A DNA stretch of 64,000 nucleotides. Origin: Nevskiales bacterium. Its GTDB lineage: Bacteria > Pseudomonadota > Gammaproteobacteria > Nevskiales > CAJXLF01. Of the stretch, positions 25,274 through 35,418 are shown in pieces. The stretch spans positions 4,084-68,083 of the forward strand of contig JBFJXR010000002.1 in NCBI GenBank assembly GCA_041622995.1. Direction: 5' to 3'. The notes beneath the pieces were generated by a model, which worked only from the letters and a program-made list of their open reading frames with translations, ran no database searches and was not told the DNA's origin. A program made the translations under genes and the position numbers. Positions within the stretch are counted from its first letter, which is position 1, and the number at the start of each line of letters is the position of its first letter.

Positions 25274-25455
25274 ATCTAAAAGTACTATTCAGCTAATATT
25301 TACTTCATGCAAATTAACTCAATCTCGTAAATCTTCACTATTGTGTATGCACACTACGTTTCAAACGTTTTTATTGCGAGTGATACCAGTTATTAACGTA
25401 AGATTTACGCTGTTGAATGTCGATGTCAAGGACTTCAGTGAATAAATTCAACTTT

Positions 25456-26238
25456 TCAAGCAATTTTGAAGAATTTTAGGCTGTTATTCGTTGTTTGCTC
25501 TGCAAGTTTATCTGGTGAAATAGACAGTATTTTCGAAATGGTGGCAACGACGGCAGAGAGATACATGGGTTCATTTCTACGGCCTTCGGGTTTTGGGCTC
25601 AGGTTTCGCGGCAACAGATAGGGGGCATCGCTTTCTATCATCAGGCGATTTGCCGGGATGTCGGGTATAAGATCCCAGAGATGTTTTCCACGTCGTTCAT
25701 CACATATCCAGCCAGTAATGCCAATGTGTAAATCAAGGTCAATGTAGTCATGAAGATCTCGACCATTGCCCGTAAAGCAGTGCACGACAACATTGGAGAG
25801 TTGGGGCAGGTATTCCTTCAGAATATCAAGAAATCGATCATGTGCATCGCGTTGGTGCAGGAAAAGCGGCTTGCCAATTTCTACTGCAAGTTCGAGTTGT
25901 TGGTGGAAAGCACGCTCCTGAACATTATGTGGACAAAAGTCACGAAAGAAATCGAGCCCCATTTCCCCGGTAGCAACCACTTCAGGATTTTCGCACGCGC
26001 TTCGTAGCAGGGCGATTGCATCCTCATTGACTGTTTCTGCGTGATGAGGATGTATACCTGCTGTTGTGTAGAGAAATCCCGGATGGTTCTTTGCAAGTTG
26101 AATGGCTGCAGGAACGCTGTCCAGGCAGCTCCCGGTTACAATGATTTTTTCGACGCCAGAATTGAACGCGCGCTGTAAAACCTCATCTCTATCCGGGTTA
26201 AAACTGTCGTGGCAAAGGTTTGCACCAATATCAATCAT
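25456..26238 (-). CDS. tatD: TatD-family metal-dependent hydrolase/DNase
   Basis: Starts MIDIGANLCHDSF (compare E. coli TatD MFDIGVNL). The His/Asp metal-ligand pattern is present (HPHH, FLHQRDAH, HCFTG, ESDAPYL). The track start at 26391 adds 51 non-homologous residues. Confidence 0.85.
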   Translation of the reverse strand: MIDIGANLCHDSFNPDRDEVLQRAFNSGVEKIIVTGSCLDSVPAAIQLAKNHPGFLYTTAGIHPHHAETVNEDAIALLRSACENPEVVATGEMGLDFFRDFCPHNVQERAFHQQLELAVEIGKPLFLHQRDAHDRFLDILKEYLPQLSNVVVHCFTGNGRDLHDYIDLDLHIGITGWICDERRGKHLWDLIPDIPANRLMIESDAPYLLPRNLSPKPEGRRNEPMYLSAVVATISKILSISPDKLAEQTTNNSLKFFKIA

Positions 26239-26391
26239 AAGTACTTTATCCAACAAATAAATGCTCAGGACGTTGAGGATGAGAACTGTAACAGCAGGTG
26301 AATGCAAACCGCGATAATTAGTCAACGACGTAAAGTCTGTCTTTGCTACAATCGCCGCTGGAGTTTTTTTGTTCTTAGTGATTTTTATCAA

Positions 26392-27078
26392 ATGATGTCC
26401 AGCTTACAAACTATGTCTTCGCTTAAACGCGTGATCGTACTGTTCATTTTAGCTTTCAGTTTACCTGCCTGGGCTGATACCCGGTATGTGATTGATGAGT
26501 TGTCTGTGAATATGCGTAAAGGCATGGGCACAGACTTTGCAATCAATGCAATTTTGACCAGTGGTGATAGTGTCTCGGTACTTTCAGATGATTCCGATGG
26601 TTATAGCAAGGTTCGAACAGCTGACGGCAAGGTTGGTTATGTTCTAAGCCGCTTTCTAAGTAAACAACCCACGGGTCATGTTCGCGTTGAAAGAATGCAA
26701 ACCAGATTGGAGGCGTTGGAGAAAAAGAATTCAGAACTGGAAGCTGCATTGGTGTTAGCCAGAAGTAAGGCAGAAAAATCCATTGAGCAGTCAGGCAAAC
26801 TTGGCAGTGAAAGAGACAGGTTAATAAGGCGCCTTGAGTGGATAGAAGATGCATCAGCAAACAGTGTGAAGATTGCTGAAGAGAATCTGAAGCTTCGGGA
26901 GCAGCTGCTCGCAATTGATTCTGAGATCAGTACCCTGCGTCAGGAAAACAGGGAAATAAAAACCTGGCAAAAAGGACAGAAAATGGGTGCAATTATTCTG
27001 GCATTTGGAATATTTGTAGGATGGCTCATCGGGCGTTTCCGCAAGCCTGGCAGTGCCTGGAGCAGTGACCGTCTCTAA
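26392..27078 (+). CDS. SH3-domain protein (YgiM/TIGR04211-like) with a coiled coil and a C-terminal TM anchor
   Basis: Signal peptide, a bacterial SH3 domain (RYVIDELSVNMRKGMGTDF...GYVLSRFL), a coiled coil, and the TM GAIILAFGIFVGWLIG. Confidence 0.7.
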   Translation: MMSSLQTMSSLKRVIVLFILAFSLPAWADTRYVIDELSVNMRKGMGTDFAINAILTSGDSVSVLSDDSDGYSKVRTADGKVGYVLSRFLSKQPTGHVRVERMQTRLEALEKKNSELEAALVLARSKAEKSIEQSGKLGSERDRLIRRLEWIEDASANSVKIAEENLKLREQLLAIDSEISTLRQENREIKTWQKGQKMGAIILAFGIFVGWLIGRFRKPGSAWSSDRL

Positions 27079-27115
27079 TCAGGTCGCTGCAATTTTAATT
27101 TAAACGGCAGGGATA

Positions 27116-28987
27116 ATGGAATCAGATTTATCACAGGTATTGGTGCTGGTTGTTGCCCTGGGTGTGGCTGCGCAGTGGATTGCATGGCGATACAAGGTTT
27201 CAGCAATTATCCTGCTGGCAATGGCGGGCCTAACAGCAGGGCCTTTACTTGGCTGGGTTAACCCAAGCGAAGATATAGGCCCATTGCTCAGGCCCATTAT
27301 CGGGTTGTGTGTCGCGGTGATTCTTTTTGAGGGAGGATTGAGCCTTCGCTTTCATGAACTAAAAGAAGCAGCAAGCGGTATAAAGCGTTTATGCAGTATC
27401 GGTGCTGCATTTGCCTGGATAATGGGCACATTATGTGCGCACAGTATTGGGCAACTCTCCTGGCCTGTATCTCTGGTATTTGGTGCCATTATCGTTGTCA
27501 CGGGTCCAACCGTTATCATTCCAATGTTACGGCAGGCTGGATTGAATCGTCGTACTGCCTCTTATCTGAAATGGGAAGGCATTCTCAACGATCCAGTGGG
27601 CGCGCTGCTTACAGTCCTGGTCGTACAGTATTTTGTGTTTCTTGAAGTGGCGACTACACCTGATCAGGTATTTGTCACTATGGGCTGGGGCGTGATGTCG
27701 GCGTTGCTTCTGGGTGGTCTCGGTGCCTGGTTCCTTGGTCAAACCTACAGGCATAGCTGGGCACCGGACTATCTTAAGGCGCCCCTTACACTTGCACTGG
27801 TTCTGGTGGTGTATGTCGTGGCAAATATGGTTCAGCATGAAGCTGGGCTACTGGCGACGACTGTTATGGGTGTGGTTCTGGGCAATATGGATTTGCCCCA
27901 CATGGATTCGATGCGGCGTTTCAAGGAATATATCACCATATTGCTGGTGTCCTCTGTATTCGTCCTACTTACCGCCGATTTACAACCCGAGGTCCTGCTC
28001 CATCTGGATTGGCACTCTGCGGCTCTGGTGGTTTCTGTTTTGTTCGTGGTGAGGCCTATGGCTGTGCTTCTGGCAACCAGTTTTACGGATATGCCCTGGA
28101 GAGACAGGATATTGGTTTCCTGGATTGCGCCCCGAGGTATTGTGGCTGCGGCTGTGGCGGGTGTATTTGGGCCCGTGATGATGGATGCCGGATACGAGCA
28201 GGGAGAATTACTGGTCCCGTTAATTTTTGCTGTCATATTTTCGACCGTTATTTTGCATGGTTTAACTATTGGCCATCTTTCACGCTGGCTTGGTCTGGCG
28301 AATGACCCCCATGGTGTGCTGATAGTAGGCGCATCCCCATGGTCGACAGAGTTGGCGAGATCACTACATAAAGACCTTGAAATAGACGTACTGCTGGTTG
28401 ATTCCTCCTGGCACCGTTTGCGGGAAGCACGACTCGCGGGTGTGAAGGTTTTATACGGGGAAATTCTCTCTGAAAACGTGCAGCAGTCATTGGAATTGAA
28501 CGAAATTGCCTGTGTGCTGACAGCAACGAGTAATGATGCTTATAACTCCCTTGTTTGTGGACACTTTGCAACGGAACTGGAACGCGATCAGGTATACCAG
28601 TTGCCCATGTATAGTGATGACACCAATGGGGCAAAAGGTCTCACACGGCCATTGGTCGGGGTGTCTGCGTTCAGTGACGGCGCCCAATATGAAGAATTGT
28701 GGCGTTGCCATTTTCAGGCGTGGAAGTTTTTCAAGACCAGAATCACTGAAAGTTACAATTATGAGAACTTTCAGCGCGATTGCCCGACCGGGGCCATGAT
28801 TATTGGTAATCTGAGAGAAGATGGCAGATTTGAGTTCCATTCGGCTTTGAGCCCTTACAGACCACGTGCAGGGGATACCGTTGTTTATTACTCCAAGAGC
28901 AAATTAATGAGTAAAGATGGTGGACGTCCCAGTCACAAACCGGTTGATGTTGTGATTGCCGATGACGATCCCATTCCTCATGGCTGA
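27116..28987 (+). CDS. CPA1-family Na+(K+)/H+ antiporter with a C-terminal cytoplasmic regulatory domain
   Basis: About 12 TM helices of the Na_H_exchanger type (…ILFEGGLSL…, …TGPTVIIPML…, …NDPVGALL…), then a ~220-aa soluble domain beginning VLIVGASPW (Rossmann-like). Confidence 0.85.
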   Translation: MESDLSQVLVLVVALGVAAQWIAWRYKVSAIILLAMAGLTAGPLLGWVNPSEDIGPLLRPIIGLCVAVILFEGGLSLRFHELKEAASGIKRLCSIGAAFAWIMGTLCAHSIGQLSWPVSLVFGAIIVVTGPTVIIPMLRQAGLNRRTASYLKWEGILNDPVGALLTVLVVQYFVFLEVATTPDQVFVTMGWGVMSALLLGGLGAWFLGQTYRHSWAPDYLKAPLTLALVLVVYVVANMVQHEAGLLATTVMGVVLGNMDLPHMDSMRRFKEYITILLVSSVFVLLTADLQPEVLLHLDWHSAALVVSVLFVVRPMAVLLATSFTDMPWRDRILVSWIAPRGIVAAAVAGVFGPVMMDAGYEQGELLVPLIFAVIFSTVILHGLTIGHLSRWLGLANDPHGVLIVGASPWSTELARSLHKDLEIDVLLVDSSWHRLREARLAGVKVLYGEILSENVQQSLELNEIACVLTATSNDAYNSLVCGHFATELERDQVYQLPMYSDDTNGAKGLTRPLVGVSAFSDGAQYEELWRCHFQAWKFFKTRITESYNYENFQRDCPTGAMIIGNLREDGRFEFHSALSPYRPRAGDTVVYYSKSKLMSKDGGRPSHKPVDVVIADDDPIPHG

Positions 28988-29615
28988 CTGGCCCGGGGAA
29001 GACAGCTCGGTTCGTACCGCTTGGCAGGGTCCGGAAGGAAATGTTGAATGTCTTATTGAACGGCCTAATGGTCGATCCAAAGGCATTATGCTGATTTGCC
29101 ATCCGCATCCTCAGTTTGGTGGCACCATGGATAACAAGGTTGTTTACAGTTTATCCAGAAGCGGTTTGGCCAATGGCTGGACGACTGTTCGCTTTAATTT
29201 CCGGGGTGTTGGTAAAAGCGAAGGCTCGTATGGTGAGGGCATAGGCGAGCTTGAAGATGCCGAATTTGTTTTGAATAAGGCGCTCAGTCATCAGCCCGGC
29301 CTTGTCATGCTTGCGGGATTTTCGTTTGGCACTGCAGTTGTTTTGTGATTAAGCGAAAGTGTATCTTCAAAGGGATTGATTCTGATTGCACCACCTCTGC
29401 ATTATTTTGATGCTGAAACTATGCCTCAGCCCGGTTGTCCATGTCTGGTAGTACACGGAGATAAGGACGAAGTAGTGAGTTGTGAAGATACAATGGCAAG
29501 GCTGGGACAGTTTCGTGATAAACCCGAGGTGTCTGTAATGAAAGATGCGGGTCACTTTTTTCACGGACGCTTGACCGAGTTACGTGTAATAGTGGACTCA
29601 TTTCTTAATGCCTGA
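28980..29615 (+). pseudogene. Alpha/beta hydrolase (COG2945-like) interrupted by an in-frame TGA at 29346-29348
   Basis: Track ORFs 28956-29348 and 29376-29615 are in the same frame. The read-through sequence is ...LAGFSFGTAVVL*LSESVSSKGLILIAPP...VVHGDKDEVV...DAGHFFHG, a GxSxG elbow followed by Asp and His blocks of one hydrolase. ATG 28980 overlaps the antiporter stop by 8 nt. Confidence 0.6.
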
Positions 29616-29633
29616 CTCATTCCAAGCAATGTA

Positions 29634-30359
29634 ATGAATACTTATAGCGTAATACTCGCATCAGTGGTGTTGGCGGCAAGTTCGCTTTCAACTCATGCCA
29701 GTTCTGAAGCTGGCGAGGGCGCAACTCTACATGATGGTACGCAATTGCTTGGGCGTTTTTCACAGGGACTTATAGAAGACTGGGGAATCCATAGATTCAA
29801 TGGCAAGACGAAATACGCGATTGTTCGTGACCATGGACGTCAGGTTCTGCACGCGCAGTGTGATGATAGTGCGTCGGGTCTGGTCAAGAAGCAGCAAATC
29901 AGCTTGCAGGATACGCCTGTATTAAGTTGGTCCTGGCGTGTCAGAGAAGTTTATCAGGATATCGATGAAACCCGGAAAGAGGGTGATGACTATCCAGCGG
30001 GATTGTATGTCGCTGTTAAAACAGGACTTACCATGTTGAGTGCCAAGGTGATTCACTATGTATGGTCCAGTTCCCAACCTCAGGGCACAAGCTGGGATAG
30101 TGCGTTTACCGGCAAAGTGAAGCAGGTCGCAATACGATCCGGGCTCAATGACCAAAGTGGCCAGTGGCATATGGAAAAGCGCAATCTCGTAGCTGATTTC
30201 AAAAAGTACTTTGGTCTCGACATTAAAAAGATAGATTCCATATCACTAATGACAGACTGCGATAATACCGATGGTCAGGGCGAGGCATGGTATGGCGATA
30301 TTCGTCTGGTGCCGGACAGCGAATCACTCATAACTATGGATAAATCCGTACCTCATTAA
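29634..30359 (+). CDS. DUF3047-like secreted protein
   Basis: Signal peptide. The motifs W..H.F.GKT.Y, SASGL, P.LSWSWRV and GDDYPAGLYV match my recollection of DUF3047. Confidence 0.6.
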   Translation: MNTYSVILASVVLAASSLSTHASSEAGEGATLHDGTQLLGRFSQGLIEDWGIHRFNGKTKYAIVRDHGRQVLHAQCDDSASGLVKKQQISLQDTPVLSWSWRVREVYQDIDETRKEGDDYPAGLYVAVKTGLTMLSAKVIHYVWSSSQPQGTSWDSAFTGKVKQVAIRSGLNDQSGQWHMEKRNLVADFKKYFGLDIKKIDSISLMTDCDNTDGQGEAWYGDIRLVPDSESLITMDKSVPH

Positions 30360-30389
30360 TTTATTTTCCATTTACTTGAAAGGGTCAGT

Positions 30390-31124
30390 ATGAAAAAAAT
30401 CAGCCAAGTTGCTCGTCTATCGAGTCTCATTTTCTGCAGCCTGTTTGTAAATATTGCCCAGGCTGATGACCTTAAGTTAATTGGTGGTCTTACTCTGACC
30501 CAGACTGACTTTAAAGCCATGTCTGAAGACATGGCCGCAGCATTTAACTATAAGCCAGTGCAGCCCACGGAAGCATCAGGGGTAATGGGGTTTAACATTG
30601 GAATTGTGGCTACCTATACGCCTATAGAAAACAAGGATGCCTGGAAGCGTGCATCTGGTGAGGATATTGGTGAGTTGGGACTGATTGCTCTACATGCAGC
30701 CAAGGGCCTGCCATTTGGAATTGATCTGGGTGGATACTATGCGAAGGTTCCCGGTACGCAGGCTGAAATCTGGGGCGCTGAGGTGCGTTATTCATTCCTT
30801 GAAGGCGGGCCAGCGAGTCCGGCTGTGGCTATACGCGGGGCGATGACCGGACTGAGCGGCGTGGATGATTTTGATTTCGATACGCGTAGTGTTGATCTTT
30901 CTATATCAAAAGGATTTGCCATGCTGACGCCTTATGCAGGTGTCGGTTATGTCGATGCGGATAGCGATCCGAAATCCAGTTTTAATCTTCAGGCCGAAAA
31001 CATTGCGGATGTGAAGTTATTCGCAGGGGCACGCTTTAGCCTTGGGCCTGTAAATTTAACGGCTGAAGTTGACCAGTTTGGTGACAATACTTCATTGAAC
31101 ATGCGTCTGGCATTTGGAATATGA
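30390..31124 (+). CDS. Putative small outer-membrane beta-barrel protein
   Basis: Signal peptide ...FVNIAQA, followed by an alternating hydrophobic pattern with Gly/Tyr-rich strands. No specific family recognised. Confidence 0.45.
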   Translation: MKKISQVARLSSLIFCSLFVNIAQADDLKLIGGLTLTQTDFKAMSEDMAAAFNYKPVQPTEASGVMGFNIGIVATYTPIENKDAWKRASGEDIGELGLIALHAAKGLPFGIDLGGYYAKVPGTQAEIWGAEVRYSFLEGGPASPAVAIRGAMTGLSGVDDFDFDTRSVDLSISKGFAMLTPYAGVGYVDADSDPKSSFNLQAENIADVKLFAGARFSLGPVNLTAEVDQFGDNTSLNMRLAFGI

Positions 31125-31128
31125 CTGA

Positions 31129-31581
31129 ATGAATCTGCTTAAGTCACTTAAAGCGGCTATAGACATTAGTAGTACAGGCCAGAATAACAATAAAAACGCA
31201 TCATTGAATCCTGAAATGGCAGCAGCAGTTTTATTGATTGCCATGGAAAGGGCTGATTTTGAAGCGTCGCCAGATGAAAGATCCGAGATTGAAAGATTGC
31301 TGGCAAAATATTTTGCCCTGGATGCCGGAGAAGTCGAGTCGATACTGGTTAGGGCAGAAGAGGAAGCAGGGCAGTCAGTATCGTTTTTTGATTATGTTGA
31401 ACATCTGAATGCTGCATTGGCATACGAAGAAAAGTGTCAGGTACTGAAAATGCTTTGGCAGGTTGCCTATGCGGATGGGCAGTTGGATCCCTTCGAGGAA
31501 CAACTTATGCGTCGTCTTGCAGACATGTTGTATTTATCCCATAGCGACTACGTGCGAACAAAATTACAGGTTATTGAGTAA
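31129..31581 (+). CDS. TerB-family (tellurite-resistance-like) protein
   Basis: Paired helical acidic motifs AAVLLIAMERADFEASPDE and LWQVAYADGQLDPFEEQLMRRLADML are typical of the TerB / DjlA N-terminal domain. Confidence 0.65.
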   Translation: MNLLKSLKAAIDISSTGQNNNKNASLNPEMAAAVLLIAMERADFEASPDERSEIERLLAKYFALDAGEVESILVRAEEEAGQSVSFFDYVEHLNAALAYEEKCQVLKMLWQVAYADGQLDPFEEQLMRRLADMLYLSHSDYVRTKLQVIE

Positions 31582-31583
31582 CT

Positions 31584-32021
31584 CTAATCGGTGTAAAACT
31601 GTTGTTTAAATTCCAGCGGTAGACTAACCAGAGAGTTTTCCGGTTTTACGGTGATTTTGAAATTTGCCCATTCCCGGTTAGTGATAGGAAAGTGGCTCAG
31701 GCTATAGATGCTTTTTTCCTCAATAACCTGTTGCCATTTCATTACGCGGGACTGCCCCAACATATTGCTGACCCGACCCTCAATCAGGATAGGTACACTG
31801 GCTGTTCCATTTGCGAGCTTCTTGCGCGCATGGATCATGACAAAGGCGCGTTTTCCGCTGCGAGGAATGTTGTAGGCTCTGGCGACTTCCGCAGTCAAAT
31901 CTGATGTGAGCATTGCGGCGTAATGGACTTCGTAATCAGCAAAAACTTTTTTCTGCTCAGCGAATGCTGTGGTGGTTGTGAGAAGTAAAAGTAGTGTCAG
32001 GCACTTTAGGATATTGATCAT
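31584..32021 (-). CDS. DUF4426-like periplasmic protein
   Basis: Signal peptide. Its position immediately downstream of metW (1-nt overlap) matches the Pseudomonas metXW-DUF4426 arrangement. Confidence 0.6.
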   Translation of the reverse strand: MINILKCLTLLLLLTTTTAFAEQKKVFADYEVHYAAMLTSDLTAEVARAYNIPRSGKRAFVMIHARKKLANGTASVPILIEGRVSNMLGQSRVMKWQQVIEEKSIYSLSHFPITNREWANFKITVKPENSLVSLPLEFKQQFYTD

Positions 32022-32632
32022 CAGACTGTAGTTCCGGGCTTACGCAGTTCATAAAGTGCAACTTCACCCATTAGGTTGGGCCATAACCTGGCACCCAGAG
32101 TTGCCTGGTGCTGGTTGTCGACAACACTGCGACGCGTGATTTCTATTCCCTTCTGTTTACAGAGTTGCTCGAAATCACGAACGGTACAAAGATGAATGTT
32201 TGGGGTGTTATACCATTGCTCTGGGAGTGATCGTGATATCGGCATTTGACCACGCAAGCCAAGCCCCAGGCGGCAGCGCCAGTGTCCAAAATTCGGAAAT
32301 GTGATGAGTGCACGTTTCCCAACACGCAGCATATCGTCAAGTAATTCATCTGGTCGGCGTAATACCTGAAGGGCCTCGGTCATGACAACATAATCGAAGG
32401 CAGCCGAATCGAAATTGCTTAGACCTTCATCCAGATCGACCTGAATTACGTTGACATCTTTTTCTATGCAGGCAATGACTTCGTCTATGTCGATTTCCAG
32501 TCCATAGCCGCTGACATCAAGCGTGGTTTGCAGATGCTTCATCAGGCTGCCGTCGCCACACCCCAGATCAAGCACCCTGGAACCCCTCTCTATCCAGCCA
32601 CTGATAATGGAAAAATCTGTACGCAGACTCAT
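32021..32632 (-). CDS. metW: Methionine biosynthesis protein MetW
   Basis: SAM-methyltransferase-like motif [11 protein letters not shown], 203 aa, and a 4-nt overlap with metX. Confidence 0.9.
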   Translation of the reverse strand: MSLRTDFSIISGWIERGSRVLDLGCGDGSLMKHLQTTLDVSGYGLEIDIDEVIACIEKDVNVIQVDLDEGLSNFDSAAFDYVVMTEALQVLRRPDELLDDMLRVGKRALITFPNFGHWRCRLGLGLRGQMPISRSLPEQWYNTPNIHLCTVRDFEQLCKQKGIEITRRSVVDNQHQATLGARLWPNLMGEVALYELRKPGTTV

Positions 32633-33783
32633 ACTATAGCTCCTGTCTCTGCGTAAATCCGATTGAAATATCTGGCCAGTAATTCAATGTATTTTGGTTG
32701 TGTAAGCAGGAAGTCGTCGTGTCCGAGATTGGATTCAATTTCGGCGTAACTTACATCTTTGCCTGCAGTAATGAGTGCGTCGACAATCTCACGTGATCTT
32801 TCAGAAGAGAAGCGCCAGTCACTGGAAAAAGAGGCAACCATGCAGCGTGCTTTTATAGCTGCAAATGCAGCGGCAAGATCGTCATTGTATTCCCGGGCTG
32901 GATCGAAATAATCCAGAGCCTTGGTCATGAGTAGATAGGTATTTGCATCAAAGCGATCGACGAAGCTTTTTCCCTGATGCCGCAGATAGCTTTCGACCTG
33001 AAATTCGGCATCAAAACCGAAATTTATCTTGCCATCGCGTAGATCGCGTCCGAATTTGGCGCGCATTGCACTGTCAGAAAGATAAGTGATATGTCCGAGC
33101 ATGCGTGCAAGCATGAGTCCGCGTTTGGGTGCCGTATTGGCCTCTTCATATCTTCCTTCTCTGAAGTCTGGGTCAGAGACGATGGACTGTCGGGCGATTT
33201 CGTTAAATGCAATGTTCTGGGCGGAGAGCTTGGGTGCCGCTGCGATTATTACAGCATGTCTAATCTGGTCAGGGAAATCGATTGCCCATTGCAGAGCCTG
33301 CATGCCGCCAAGGCTGCCACCAACGACTGCAGCCCATTGAGTAATACCCAAAGATTTGCCGAGCAGGTTTTGCACCCGAACCCAGTCCCGTACGGTGACT
33401 ATCGGGAAATCTGGTCCATAGGGTTTGCCGGACGCCGGGTTGATACTGCTGGGCCCTGTTGAACCTTTGTATCCACCCAGATTACTGGTGCAGACAACAA
33501 AAAAACGGTTGGTATCCATGGGCTTGCCGGGGCCAATACAGTTTTCCCACCAGCCCGGTTTTTTGCTTTCAGGGCTGTGGTAACCCGCAGCATGATGGTC
33601 GCCGGATAGTGCGGGGCAAATCAGCAACGCATTACTGGCGTCATTATTCAGTTGGCCATAGGTTTCGTATACAACTTCACATTTGGAAAGCTCGCGACCA
33701 CATTCCAGTGCCAGCGGTTGATCAATACTAAAGCGCTGCGGACTTACAAGGCCGACTGAATCAGCAGGGTATTGTTCTGACAT
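32629..33783 (-). CDS. metX: Homoserine O-acyltransferase MetX (succinyl- or acetyl-specific; not decidable here)
   Basis: Alpha/beta hydrolase with nucleophile elbow [14 protein letters not shown] and a conserved N-terminus (...YETYGQLN...[14 protein letters not shown]). Confidence 0.92.
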   Translation of the reverse strand: MSEQYPADSVGLVSPQRFSIDQPLALECGRELSKCEVVYETYGQLNNDASNALLICPALSGDHHAAGYHSPESKKPGWWENCIGPGKPMDTNRFFVVCTSNLGGYKGSTGPSSINPASGKPYGPDFPIVTVRDWVRVQNLLGKSLGITQWAAVVGGSLGGMQALQWAIDFPDQIRHAVIIAAAPKLSAQNIAFNEIARQSIVSDPDFREGRYEEANTAPKRGLMLARMLGHITYLSDSAMRAKFGRDLRDGKINFGFDAEFQVESYLRHQGKSFVDRFDANTYLLMTKALDYFDPAREYNDDLAAAFAAIKARCMVASFSSDWRFSSERSREIVDALITAGKDVSYAEIESNLGHDDFLLTQPKYIELLARYFNRIYAETGAIV

Positions 33784-33792
33784 TGATTGCCT

Positions 33793-34347
33793 TTAATACA
33801 GGGCGAGAGTGATTGGAATCAGGCGTCTTACTACCTGAAGTGCAAGTATGACGAATAACGGAGACAGATCCAGCCCACCGATAGGTGGCAAAAAATTTCT
33901 TACCGGCCGGAGTAATGGCTCATTAAGACTCCACAATAGACTGCTGGCCGGGCTATGCGCACCCTGGTTTACCCAACTCATGATGGCCTGAACAAATATG
34001 GATATGGTGAATATGTTGAGTACCAGCACCATCAGGTTCATTACAGAGTTTGCCAAGATCGAACCAAAAGACACATTTGCGCCTGATAACGAGAGTGCGA
34101 GCTGCAAGTTGATGAGCACAAGCACCCAGGCAAGCAATAAGGCTGCTATATCCAGATTTCGCCAGCGTGGTATGAATTTTAAAGTGTCTAATGGTGGGTG
34201 CGTGATTTGCCAAATGAATTGTGCGAGGGGGTTGTAAAAATCAGCTCTCACCCACTGCAAAATTACACGGAGTAGTAAAGCAGCGCAATAAAGTCCGAAT
34301 AATGTGTTCAGAAGAAACAGCAGGGCGTCGTACGTTTGGTTTGCCAT
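33793..34347 (-). CDS. yggT: YggT-family integral membrane protein
   Basis: Two YGGT repeats (..LLRVILQW.. / ..IMSWVN..) and four TM helices. It lies between proC and metX, as in many gammaproteobacteria. Confidence 0.8.
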   Translation of the reverse strand: MANQTYDALLFLLNTLFGLYCAALLLRVILQWVRADFYNPLAQFIWQITHPPLDTLKFIPRWRNLDIAALLLAWVLVLINLQLALSLSGANVSFGSILANSVMNLMVLVLNIFTISIFVQAIMSWVNQGAHSPASSLLWSLNEPLLRPVRNFLPPIGGLDLSPLFVILALQVVRRLIPITLALY

Positions 34348-34367
34348 TGGTTTTTCCAGATACCTGT

Positions 34368-35192
34368 CTATGAACTGCCAAGCTCGTCTGCGAGTGTTTC
34401 GGCCCGCTGAGCGGCTGCTTCTATTGCCCTGTTTACTATGCCGGACAGGTCTTCATTTTGAAATTGATTCAGGGCCATTTCAGTGGTGCCGCCAGGGGAG
34501 GTTACGCGCTGACGCAGTATGCCAACGGCTTCGTGACTTTCCAAGGCCATACGGGCTGCGCCCAGCGCGGTTTGAAGTGTAAGCAATCGGGCGTCTTTTT
34601 CACTCAAACCAAGTGATTCGCCGGCATTCTGCATGGCTTCCATAAACAAAAAGAAATACGCAGGACCACTACCTGAAATTGCCGTTATGCTATCGATCAG
34701 TTTTTCGTCATCAACCCACAAAGTAATGCCGGCTGATCGTAGTACTGATTCGGCCATTTCACGACCTTGTGCTGACACTTCCGGACAGGCATAGATTCCA
34801 GTAGCTCCGGCCTGTATTAATGCGGGCGTATTGGGCATGGCGCGAACCACCGCAGCATAGTCACCCAGCCAGGCAGCTAAATCTTTGGTTCTGATTCCGG
34901 CTGCGATACTTAATACCACGGGTTTGTATTGCTGAACGTAATTTTTCCAATCATTAGCGACGGCTGACATCACCTGAGGCTTGACTGCCAGAACCAATAT
35001 ATCGTTTGTCCCGTCTATCGATTCCTGATTTTCAATACAGTTGATGTTGAATTCGTTTTTTAGCCAGTCGCGACGTGTGGCGTCAGGCTCAGCCACAATA
35101 ATATTTTCTCGTGGGTGACCACCAGCGAGCAATCCACCGATCAGGCTGGCGGCCATGTTGCCACCGCCTACAAATATCACTTTACTTTGCAT
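34368..35192 (-). CDS. proC: Pyrroline-5-carboxylate reductase
   Basis: IFVGGGNMAASLIGGL Rossmann motif and C-terminal VTSPGGTTEMAL. Confidence 0.92.
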   Translation of the reverse strand: MQSKVIFVGGGNMAASLIGGLLAGGHPRENIIVAEPDATRRDWLKNEFNINCIENQESIDGTNDILVLAVKPQVMSAVANDWKNYVQQYKPVVLSIAAGIRTKDLAAWLGDYAAVVRAMPNTPALIQAGATGIYACPEVSAQGREMAESVLRSAGITLWVDDEKLIDSITAISGSGPAYFFLFMEAMQNAGESLGLSEKDARLLTLQTALGAARMALESHEAVGILRQRVTSPGGTTEMALNQFQNEDLSGIVNRAIEAAAQRAETLADELGSS

Positions 35193-35418
35193 TCAGTTGA
35201 TCCGATTGGTAGTTACGACAGATGAACTTAAGTTCATTTAAATATCTGCCTATGATACGAAATACCTGTCAGAACTGCTTGTCTAAGATCAGCATTTCTA
35301 TTCTGAATTACGTATTTAATTGTTTGGTTGGCATGCCACACGTAGAATCCCCGCCTGTAAAGACAAGTATAGGACAGGCATGCTGCTCGAAAGGTTTGAT
35401 CTCAACAAGCTGGGTCGA

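Noticed and set aside
29346-29348. Selenocysteine or programmed recoding at the in-frame TGA of the hydrolase gene.
   Set aside because: I can see no stem-loop resembling a bacterial SECIS immediately downstream. The position is in a helix after the nucleophile elbow, where no redox Cys/Sec is expected. No selenoprotein context (selA/B/D) is in the window. A nonsense mutation or a sequencing error is more parsimonious.
35330-35390. Alternative pairings (GCATGCC / GCCTGT versus ACAGGCATGC) upstream of ilvA that resemble an attenuator.
   Set aside because: No leader peptide rich in Ile/Val/Leu/Thr codons and no terminator T-tract accompany them. The segment may even be coding if ilvA starts at 35380.
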